NCBI GenBank assembly: GCA_044356295.1
Contig: JBIKWN010000063.1
Coordinates: 1-14,713 of the forward strand
DNA: 14,713 nt
From: Bdellovibrionota bacterium
Lineage (GTDB): Bacteria; Bdellovibrionota_C; UBA2361; JBIKWN01
Direction: 5' to 3'
The notes under the pieces were generated by a model. The model was not told the DNA's origin, ran no database searches, and saw only the letters and a program-made list of their open reading frames with translations. Below are positions 7,573-14,713 of this stretch, piece after piece (the stretch's first letter is position 1; each line of letters starts with the position of its first letter). The translations under genes and the position numbers were made by a program.

Positions 7573-7678
7573 TGTAATTGGCACAAGGTAACTCGGGAAA
7601 TGTAATGGGTACAAGGTAACTCGGATTATGTAATATTTTTAGTAGGTTAAATCATATTAAAAGTTACCCTGTACCCAT
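7573..7678. repeat. GTAC element with tandemly duplicated left arm
   Basis: TGTAATTGGCACAAGGTAACTCGG (7573-7596) and TGTAATGGGTACAAGGTAACTCGG (7601-7624). Right arm AGTTACCCTGTACCCA (7662-7677) is 15/16 complementary to 7606-7621. Confidence 0.85.
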
Positions 7679-7950
7679 GGCCATTAAGTCAAGGGATATC
7701 GAGAAGCTTCGCGATAATATACAAGTAAATTGAATAGTTAACTTGTGGAGCAAATATGATCGAGAGCAAAAAAATCGACCTTGCTTTAAAAATTTAAGCG
7801 TCATTGATGACATCAGCTAAATTTTTGGAATCACACAAGAAGGGTAAAACAACCATTACCAGAAAGAGGAAACTGCATTTTCTTTCAGTCGTAACGATAA
7901 TTTTACGTAAGAGTGTTAAATCACTTCAAGTAGTTCTAAACGAGTGGTGT
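7676..7950 (+). pseudogene. IS4-family element remnant: left end plus truncated transposase N-terminus
   Basis: End-like CATGGCCATTAAGTCAAGG (7676-7694), GGAG RBS, ATG7756, in-frame TAA at 7795. Then ...ITRKRKLHFLSVVTIILRKSVKSLQVVLNEW, resembling the FTRxRKLxF...IL....SLQxxLNE N-terminus of IS4-family transposases. Confidence 0.65.
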
Positions 7951-8269
7951 CGAGGAACCGATAAGATTATATCTTTTCCATTCTTTGCATTCTCAATAAT
8001 GTCTTTAAACGTATGATTATTCCAGAATGAAATAGTAATAACTTGATGAGTTTTTCCAACAGATTCTCCAACTAAAAAGTATGTTATCTGTTTTAGTTAG
8101 ATATTGTTCGTATTCGCGGTGCAAATCCCACGTTTATAGAAAATATATTCTGCCAAAGTAATTTATTTCTGGTCTTTGTCAAAAATTAATGGTTAGTATT
8201 CATCACTGCTGCTCGACAACATTCTTTGTAAAGCAGTACATTATTTTTATTATAAAAGAGATATTTATC

Positions 8270-8671
8270 ATGGCTGATATAGTCGACACCGCAGTTGCGG
8301 CAGGAACTTTTTCTACACTTGTTGCAGCAGTAACTGCAGCTGGTTTGGTAGAAACATTAAAAGGTAAAGGACCCTTCACTGTATTTGCACCGACCGATGA
8401 TGCTTTTAAAAAGCTTCCGGCAGGAACGGTTGAGGCTTTATTAAAAGACATTCCTAAGCTTACAAAGATCTTGACCTACCATGTAGTTCCAGGAAAAGTA
8501 ACCGCAGGTCAAGTAGTAGAGCTGACCTCGGCTGAAACTGTTGAAGGGAGCTCATTGAAGATTGATGCCTCTGATGGCGTGAAGATCAATAATGCTATGG
8601 TTGTGACACCTGATATCATGACGGATAACGGCGTGATTCATGTGATCGATACTGTGCTTATTCCATCGTAA
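8270..8671 (+). CDS. Single-domain fasciclin (FAS1) protein, 133 aa
   Basis: [32 protein letters not shown] (H1), [23 protein letters not shown] (H2). Start placed at ATG8270 because the upstream extension is AT-rich and not FAS1-like. Confidence 0.95.
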   Translation: MADIVDTAVAAGTFSTLVAAVTAAGLVETLKGKGPFTVFAPTDDAFKKLPAGTVEALLKDIPKLTKILTYHVVPGKVTAGQVVELTSAETVEGSSLKIDASDGVKINNAMVVTPDIMTDNGVIHVIDTVLIPS

Positions 8672-8702
8672 GACTTACGTTCTGAATTCTGATTCTAGAA
8701 TA

Positions 8703-8752
8703 GAAAAAAGACACTCCCGATGATTAATTCTAGTCGAGGGGGTGTCTTTTTC
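8703..8752. terminator. Probable bidirectional intrinsic terminator
   Basis: GAAAAAAGACACTCCCGA...TCGAGGGGGTGTCTTTTTC stem with A/T tracts on both sides, between the convergent fasciclin and blh genes. Confidence 0.75.
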
Positions 8753-8817
8753 GTTTAAGTAATTTACTTCAACAAAGTTTTAATAAAATAAAAAAACATT
8801 AGAACGATTTTCAAAAA

Positions 8818-9747
8818 TTAAGTTGTTATTCTTGAAGTAACAATCATATGCGGCAGAGTAAGCCCAGCTATCAAGATTATGCTGGCAGCAAATAGCTGTT
8901 TTATATCGGAAAGATTAAACCAATACGTAAGTGGAAGAATTAAAATCATCGCAACACCTGAAAGGACTAAAAAATCAAAAGAGATCCATTTATTACTTAA
9001 GAAATTGTTCTTATTCTGTTCCTGGTTATGACTTAAAAAGAGAGTACGACACGATGAAAAGTGATCCAATGAGTGTCTTCCTATAAACCAAACAGAAAAA
9101 CCTGCCAGCGGAGGAAGAACGACCCAGCTAAAAAGACATAGGAGTAGTTCTGGTATGAATCCCAAGGGTAACTTTAAACTCTGTGCATAAACTTGATTGG
9201 ACTTTAAAATCCAAATAATTCTTGATAGAAGAATAACTAGAAATAAAATATTAAGTGGGAAAAGGTAAGAAATAATCCATTGAAAGTTTTCCTCGGAAAT
9301 AAAAAATGTAAGGTAGCCCAAAGCTTGGTTTGGATGAAATGTAATTGGCGAGAGAATCGAAGTGCATCCAACAAGGAAACCCCAATACGAACCAAGATAT
9401 TTATTCTCAGCTTCTCCAAAGTGCAAAATTGAAATTAAAATAAAAATAAGTAGTCCAGTAGTAGGGAACACTAAACAAAACGCACTCATTAATAGTCCGA
9501 TTAGAAAGTAAATAAGTGCAATTCCTAATGGGTTATTAACTAAAAAATATTTATTATTTGCCTGCCATTTCATTCGTGCGATTCGAATATCAAAAGCTCC
9601 GTGAGGAATTCCGGCAAAAAAAATCAGGGCGATTGCAAGCCACTCTGCAGCTATTTGACTCAATAATGATAATAAAATCAGAGTTATCGAAAGAAAGACT
9701 ACTAAATTAATTTTAGCAAAAAAAGTTTTAAAAAGATTTATGAACAT
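8818..9747 (-). CDS. blh: Beta-carotene 15,15'-dioxygenase, Brp/Blh family
   Basis: Polytopic membrane protein with the four His motifs GIPHGAFD, LHFGE, RHS and LTLPHM; last gene of the rhodopsin-crt cluster. Confidence 0.93.
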   Translation of the reverse strand: MFINLFKTFFAKINLVVFLSITLILLSLLSQIAAEWLAIALIFFAGIPHGAFDIRIARMKWQANNKYFLVNNPLGIALIYFLIGLLMSAFCLVFPTTGLLIFILISILHFGEAENKYLGSYWGFLVGCTSILSPITFHPNQALGYLTFFISEENFQWIISYLFPLNILFLVILLSRIIWILKSNQVYAQSLKLPLGFIPELLLCLFSWVVLPPLAGFSVWFIGRHSLDHFSSCRTLFLSHNQEQNKNNFLSNKWISFDFLVLSGVAMILILPLTYWFNLSDIKQLFAASIILIAGLTLPHMIVTSRITT

Positions 9748-10847
9748 AAAGCCTTAATCATCGATAACTTTGGTACAGAATTCATAACTTTTAGAGATTC
9801 TAAGAAGGAAGCTTGGCCTGAAAGAAATGATATAAGATTTTTTGAGCTTGATCGACTAATAAGACCTGTTAAAAGATTTTCTCCAAGTTCTGGTCTATTA
9901 CAAAGTGCTTTAAGAAATAATTCGTCTGCATACCTTTGCCAAAAGGGATTCGGTTGATCGCATGGAACACTCAGATTTTTCGATAAATCTAAGTTCATTA
10001 AAGTATCAGTAAGCTTTTCCACTTGTGTTAATATATTTTGAAAACCAAATCCAGTTCCACCTCGAATAGCCCCACCTTGCGTTCCAATAACTGGCCAAGG
10101 GGTATTATGAGTAACTCCTTTAAGGCCCATTGGGATAGCCCCATGTTCACAATCAAACTCATTCCACTCCCTGATATTTCTTGAATGAAGCCAACGAATA
10201 CAATGTTGGTGATGAAAATCAAATGATTCTGGAGAACGACTAAATATTGTATGCTCAACAAGAGCCGAGGAAGGACTAAAGGGAAGCACATAGATAAAGC
10301 TTACAGGCACACCTGGAATACTCTGTCCAAAGTCCATCAGCAGGGCTTCTTGAGCATTAAAAATAGGCTCGGTAGTAGTAACAGATATTCCCCCAAATGA
10401 TTGCCAAAGTAGGGAGTTTGCAAGCTTTGGTGAAAAAGCCGAATCAACAACCAGATCAAATTTGTAGATCTGATCTGCTATCTTTAAACACTTTTTATCA
10501 ATTTGCACCGAAGGACAATTCCAGTTAAATTTTGCGCCAAGAAGCTTAAGTTCTTTAGTGATAACATCAAAAAAGGTATCACCCTTAATCATTGTATATG
10601 GAGTTTCTTCACAAGAGATGGTTCGCAAGAAGTTTTGCCCAGAAAACTTAACTGTATTCCAGCTACACTCTGGAATTACTGGGGTTTTAGTATATTTGTT
10701 GGAAAAATAACAAAATGTTCTTTTTGGGTGGGGGGTTTCAGATCGTACATCAAAAAGAGTTACAGTTATATCCTTCCTTGAATTCAGTAAACTTTTGGCA
10801 AGAATTAATCCTGCTACTCCTGCCCCTCGAATACCAACAGAGTACAT
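9738..10847 (-). CDS. crtY: Lycopene beta-cyclase
   Basis: N-terminal GAGVAGL dinucleotide-binding motif, LMDF, FIYVLPFS..ALVEHT, GAIPM, GGAIRGGTGFGF; lies between crtB and blh. Confidence 0.9.
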   Translation of the reverse strand: MYSVGIRGAGVAGLILAKSLLNSRKDITVTLFDVRSETPHPKRTFCYFSNKYTKTPVIPECSWNTVKFSGQNFLRTISCEETPYTMIKGDTFFDVITKELKLLGAKFNWNCPSVQIDKKCLKIADQIYKFDLVVDSAFSPKLANSLLWQSFGGISVTTTEPIFNAQEALLMDFGQSIPGVPVSFIYVLPFSPSSALVEHTIFSRSPESFDFHHQHCIRWLHSRNIREWNEFDCEHGAIPMGLKGVTHNTPWPVIGTQGGAIRGGTGFGFQNILTQVEKLTDTLMNLDLSKNLSVPCDQPNPFWQRYADELFLKALCNRPELGENLLTGLISRSSSKNLISFLSGQASFLESLKVMNSVPKLSMIKALCS

Positions 10848-10855
10848 ACTTATCT

Positions 10856-11692
10856 TTAAATTACTATTTCTTTTGACGTTTGATATCGTTTAGAAAAATA
10901 AGTACGAACAGCCAAAGATATTTTTCTTTGTAGCGGAACAACGACTCGGTAACGAGGGAGTTTTTTTTCCTTAATAACTCGTTGCCCAATTTCTGCGTAA
11001 CAAAGTGCTGAAATTTCGATAGCCTTACGGCAGTCAGGATGTAGGTAGCAAAGTCCCTTTAGCCCAAACTCATAGTATGTGTCTGCTAACTCAAGGATTT
11101 TTCTTACAGCATTAACTACAATCTCTTCCTGGCCAGAGTTTAAAAGGTCACTAAGTTCTTTGTTTCCCAACCATTCCTTTGGAAGATAGACTCTGTCGTC
11201 TTTAAGATCTTGCAAAACATCACGAGCAATATTAGTAAACTGCATGGCGATGCCTAGTGCCTCTGCATACTCTCTTCCACGCACATCCCTTCCTCCTAGA
11301 AGTGGGTACACTACTAAGCCAACAGTTCCAGCAACGCTACTTGCATAAAGTATTAATTCTTCTTTAGTTGATACTCTTATTCCTGGTCTGTCATCAAGGC
11401 ATGCATGTACTAGTTTTAGTAGTGGTATTTTTATCTCAGGGTATTTTTTAATTAAACTTACTGCTGGGCCTGCAATAGGGTGATTCTCAGTTTCATTCTT
11501 GATTACATTTGAAATTTCAAGCAGTGATTGATTTCTTAAGATCTCATCAGTGTATTCATCAGCAAGATCATCAACAATTCGGCAAAAACTGTAAGCTTTT
11601 GCCATTTCTAAACGTATATCCTTACCAAGCCATAAGGAGGAAAAGAAAAAAGTTTTTCCTGCACGGGACATACGCAGCAGATCAGAGCTCAT
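10856..11692 (-). CDS. crtB: Phytoene synthase
   Basis: GKTFFFSS, YSFCRIVDDLADE, VAGTVG, LGIAMQFTNIARDVLQD...RVYLP; ATGA overlap with crtI. Confidence 0.95.
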   Translation of the reverse strand: MSSDLLRMSRAGKTFFFSSLWLGKDIRLEMAKAYSFCRIVDDLADEYTDEILRNQSLLEISNVIKNETENHPIAGPAVSLIKKYPEIKIPLLKLVHACLDDRPGIRVSTKEELILYASSVAGTVGLVVYPLLGGRDVRGREYAEALGIAMQFTNIARDVLQDLKDDRVYLPKEWLGNKELSDLLNSGQEEIVVNAVRKILELADTYYEFGLKGLCYLHPDCRKAIEISALCYAEIGQRVIKEKKLPRYRVVVPLQRKISLAVRTYFSKRYQTSKEIVI

Positions 11693-13224
11693 ACGGCGCG
11701 TCTCTCAGAATAATCGAAGTGTGGTTCTTTTTTATCTAAGATTTTAAAATCGTTCTTAGCTAGTTTCTCAACTATTTTTGCGGAAGTAATAACTCCAGGA
11801 AGACCTCCACCAGGGTGAACTCCTGCTCCACAAAAGTATAGGTTGGGTGCGAAGTCTGAACGGTTATGAAACCTAAACCATGCTGATTGCGTAAGGGTTG
11901 GCGCTATTGAAAAACCAGCGCCGAGAGTGCTGTGAAGAGTGTCACGAAAATAACGAGGATCGATTGACTCTGCAAATTCAAGGTTAGAGTGAAGATCTGG
12001 CAATACTTGTTCTTGAAGAATATCTAACACTTGTTTTTGAAATGTAGGTAATTCAGCTTGCCAGTTAGAAAAATTTCCAAGGTGCGGTACTGGGGCTAGT
12101 ACATAAAAAAGGTCTCCTTGATTTTCACTAACAAGATCCGTCTCGGTTGCAGCAGGCCGATGCAGATAAAGACTTGGATCCTTGGGGAGTGTTTTTCCTT
12201 TAAATACATCCTTCAAAAGTCCATGCCAACGTTTTGAAAGAATAATAGAATGATGAGCAACCTCTGAGTAAGATTTTTTAGTCTTAAAATACAAAACAAA
12301 GAGTCCCATTGAGCTTGTAACGGTTCTTGCCCTTATTCGTTCAAGTAAAGAAGTTCTTTTTGTACCTAAAATATTGTATGCAAGTTGAGGATCTGCACCC
12401 CAAACAGCAAGATCACAAGGACTTTTTTCTGTAGCTTTCTGACTACCAATGCCAAGAGCCGTAATTTTACCTTCCGAATCGGTTTCAAACTCAGAGACAT
12501 AGGAGTTATTATGAAAGACCACCCCGTGTCTTTTTGCTAATGAAACAAGGGCTGAAATTAAAGCTCCAGTTCCACCTTTGGCGTACCAAATTCCTCCACG
12601 GCGTTCCATGGCATGAATCAGTCCATAAATTGAAGTTGTATCAAGTGGGTTTCCACCCACAAGAAGTGTCTGTAAGGAAAAGGCCTGACGTATTCTTTCA
12701 TCTTTAAAAAATCGACCAGTATGAGACCAAAGAGTTCTGAAACCACCAAGTTTTAGCAGAGCTGGCAAGACACGAAACATTGAAGAGAATTTTGTAAAAT
12801 CCGCATCTCCTAACTCTTCGTACCCAATCTTGTACAAGGCCTCGCTATGTTCAATAAATCGACTGTAATTTTTTGCGTCATCAGGAGACAGTTTTGCAAT
12901 CTGTTTAATCTGATTATCGATGTCTTCTACCAGGTCTAAACTGCTTCCATCGCCAAATAACAATCGATACCAAGGGGAACAAGGAAGAAAAGTAACATGA
13001 TCCTCTCGTTTCTCACCCATTAACTCAAAAAGTTCATTAAAAAGCCAAGGTGCAGTAATCACTGTGGGACCTGCATCGAACTCTTTTCCTTGAAATGAAA
13101 AAACGCGGGCTCTTCCACCAAAATCCGGACAGCTTTCAAATACATTAACTTCAAAACCTAAACTTCGAAGTCTAATAGCGCTAGCTAGCGAACCAACCCC
13201 AGACCCTACTATATTAGCTTTCAT
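11689..13224 (-). CDS. crtI: Phytoene desaturase
   Basis: GSGVGSLASAIRL, FDAGPTVITAP, LLVGGNP, PTLTQSAWFRFHN, GAGVHPGGGLPGVITSAK. Confidence 0.97.
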   Translation of the reverse strand: MKANIVGSGVGSLASAIRLRSLGFEVNVFESCPDFGGRARVFSFQGKEFDAGPTVITAPWLFNELFELMGEKREDHVTFLPCSPWYRLLFGDGSSLDLVEDIDNQIKQIAKLSPDDAKNYSRFIEHSEALYKIGYEELGDADFTKFSSMFRVLPALLKLGGFRTLWSHTGRFFKDERIRQAFSLQTLLVGGNPLDTTSIYGLIHAMERRGGIWYAKGGTGALISALVSLAKRHGVVFHNNSYVSEFETDSEGKITALGIGSQKATEKSPCDLAVWGADPQLAYNILGTKRTSLLERIRARTVTSSMGLFVLYFKTKKSYSEVAHHSIILSKRWHGLLKDVFKGKTLPKDPSLYLHRPAATETDLVSENQGDLFYVLAPVPHLGNFSNWQAELPTFQKQVLDILQEQVLPDLHSNLEFAESIDPRYFRDTLHSTLGAGFSIAPTLTQSAWFRFHNRSDFAPNLYFCGAGVHPGGGLPGVITSAKIVEKLAKNDFKILDKKEPHFDYSERRAV

Positions 13225-13327
13225 AAGTTACGAATTGCTTAAATAGTTTATTACTATTGTTAGTTGTCTCTTTTAGAAAGAGATAATTTATGGAATGGAA
13301 TTTATGAAAAGCTTTCAAAGCTTTGAA

Positions 13328-13361
13328 CGTAGAGAAAGTTTCCTAGGAAACTTTCTCTACG
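13328..13361. repeat. Perfect 34-bp palindrome (GTAG-type REP-like hairpin) between rhodopsin and crtI
   Basis: CGTAGAGAAAGTTTCCT|AGGAAACTTTCTCTACG is fully self-complementary and lies 22 nt past the rhodopsin stop. Confidence 0.85.
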
Positions 13362-13383
13362 CTGTAGGTTTCTGTATGAGAAA

Positions 13384-14127
13384 CTAATTTGCTATTTCAG
13401 ATTTACGAACAGCAATGACCCAGATGAACACACCAAATGCCGCCTTAGCAACGATATCAGAGATGGTATATCCAACTTGGACAGCAACTAAAGAGCTAGC
13501 TCCAGCTATGCCTAACATTGGTAGGATGAAAACGATTGGATAAAATAACCAAGAAATTACAGTTAGATATCTTGCACTACTAATAAGACCACGAGCTGAT
13601 TCTGGTTGTGAATTAATTGAACTAGAAAGACCAACAAATAAATTGTAAAGAATTATGGTGAAAGGAATCATTGATAAAAACCACCAAAGCCATCGTGTGC
13701 CGCTATCAGATGAAATTTCTCCAGGGTATCCAAGGATAACCATTAGCGCTGCAAGGGTTGCCAAGGAAGCACCTTTTTTGAATGTTTCTTCACGAGACAA
13801 GTTCATAACAAGAATAAGCTCTAAAAGAAGTAATGGAACAGTTAATAGCCAATCCACATATCTGTAAGCATCATTAAAAGTATGTGTCAGAGAAGGTTTC
13901 ATCATTCCATCAGACAGAGTAAAAGCTGATCCCCAACTGTGAAAAATTTGCCAATAGTGATATGCAGCTATCAGGGTTACAAGTCCACTGATAGTGACAG
14001 CTGTTTTGTAATGATTGGAAACTTGTGAGCGTCCTAAAAATAGAAACACTGTAGCTGCTCCCATAACTGCTATTCCAAAGGACAGCGAGTTGTAAACTAA
14101 ACTAAATTCAAATAGTGATAAATTCAT
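13384..14127 (-). CDS. Microbial rhodopsin, xanthorhodopsin/proteorhodopsin-type DTE proton pump
   Basis: Seven hydrophobic segments; FNDAYRYVDWLLTVPLLLLE (R89, D92, T96, E103), H57 in IAAYHY, LGYPGE, SDIVAK (D224, retinal-binding K228). AGGAG RBS at 14140-14144. Confidence 0.97.
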   Translation of the reverse strand: MNLSLFEFSLVYNSLSFGIAVMGAATVFLFLGRSQVSNHYKTAVTISGLVTLIAAYHYWQIFHSWGSAFTLSDGMMKPSLTHTFNDAYRYVDWLLTVPLLLLELILVMNLSREETFKKGASLATLAALMVILGYPGEISSDSGTRWLWWFLSMIPFTIILYNLFVGLSSSINSQPESARGLISSARYLTVISWLFYPIVFILPMLGIAGASSLVAVQVGYTISDIVAKAAFGVFIWVIAVRKSEIAN

Positions 14128-14163
14128 ATTAACTGTTAACTCCTAAAAATTATTGATATAAAA

Positions 14164-14192
14164 AATATAGACTTCTTCCAGGTTCCTTGCAA
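14164..14192 (-). promoter_or_regulatory. Candidate sigma70 promoter of the rhodopsin operon
   Basis: Minus strand TTGCAA-N17-TATATT, 36 nt upstream of the start codon. Confidence 0.5.
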
Positions 14193-14642
14193 CTTATAAA
14201 GTGATTTATATCGTTGTATATATTCATACTTGTTCACTTTTAAAGTGGTGTTTTGTAAGTAATGAAAGAACGTTAGAGAGAATATAAGGGCTCCGTTGAT
14301 ATAAAATGAGTGAATAATGAATGTCTTTAGAATGTTTTCTAGATGATAAAACGAGTAGTAAGAAAAAAGAATAGTTTTCCAGTTCAGAAAGTTACCATGA
14401 GATGCATCCTGCGAGTGGGGAATTAACATTTGAGGCAAAGAGATAGATTTCACAGAAGCTATGGAAATTGCATAGATGTCTAAGTTATTGAACTTTTGTT
14501 GAACAAAGAGTTTTAAGGCAGGGGATATCAAATTGGCAGTATGCTAGCCAGCACAGATTTCACGAGATTCACTTATTATAAGGAATAATAGTAGGTTCAC
14601 AGCTTGGGGGGGGGATGTCATTAAGTTAAGGCATTCCTACCC

Positions 14643-14713
14643 CGTGACCATGACCGTAGGCGTGAGCGTGACCTTAAATTGTTTGGGTCACGCTCACGCA
14701 CACGCTCAAGGTC
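14643..14713. repeat. Hexamer-based (CGTGAS) inverted repeat hairpin, running off the window
   Basis: GCGTGAGCGTGACC (14660-14673) / GGTCACGCTCACGC (14686-14699) form a perfect 14-bp stem, with further degenerate hexamers on both sides. Confidence 0.75.

Noticed and set aside
1694..7678. Integron attC array or CRISPR interpretation of the intergenic repeats
   Set aside because: The arms do not fit RYYYAAC...GTTRRRY, the genes are in mixed orientation, there is no integrase or cas gene, and there is no regular repeat-spacer period.
7804..8016. 70-aa ORF as an intact gene
   Set aside because: It lies downstream of an in-frame stop within the IS4 transposase remnant.
8189..8269. N-terminal extension of fasciclin as a signal peptide
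   Set aside because: No proper n/h/c signal structure; FAS1 similarity starts at ATG8270.
384..13867. Short antisense or alternate-frame ORFs (e.g. 384-578, 714-956, 2018-2209, 2116-2361, 2741-2932, 4374-4565, 4544-4756, 4611-4799, 6471-6692, 6954-7208, 8203-8451, 9237-9419, 10028-10291, 10503-10781, 11509-11739, 13655-13867)
   Set aside because: All overlap better-supported genes and show no recognisable motifs; treated as shadow ORFs.
14388..14399. AAAGTTACCATG as another GTAC-family arm
   Set aside because: It lacks the GTACC core and a partner arm; plausible by chance.
14136..14531. 131-aa minus-strand ORF upstream of the rhodopsin
   Set aside because: Composition is typical of translated AT-rich noncoding DNA; it overlaps the rhodopsin RBS and candidate promoter; no motif recognised.

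Overview
AT-rich bacterial window with two parts. The left part (1-8000) is an accessory region. It has four unannotatable, probably secreted proteins: three are Cys-rich and two of those share a Cys framework. It also has a GC-richer orphan gene between 11-bp inverted repeats, and a stand-alone flagellin whose hypervariable region is seven FG-GAP/VCBS repeats (probable 7-bladed beta-propeller). Every intergenic space from 1.7 to 7.7 kb holds a copy of a TGGTACAAGGTAACT...AGTTACCCTGTACCA inverted-repeat element. Decayed RAYT/Y1 HUH, IS3 and IS4 transposase fragments lie in the same region. The right part (8270-14200) has a signal-less fasciclin gene convergent with a phototrophy module: DTE xanthorhodopsin-type proton pump, crtI, crtB, crtY, blh, with no crtE or idi. 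All calls come from motif recognition by eye; no database search was run.
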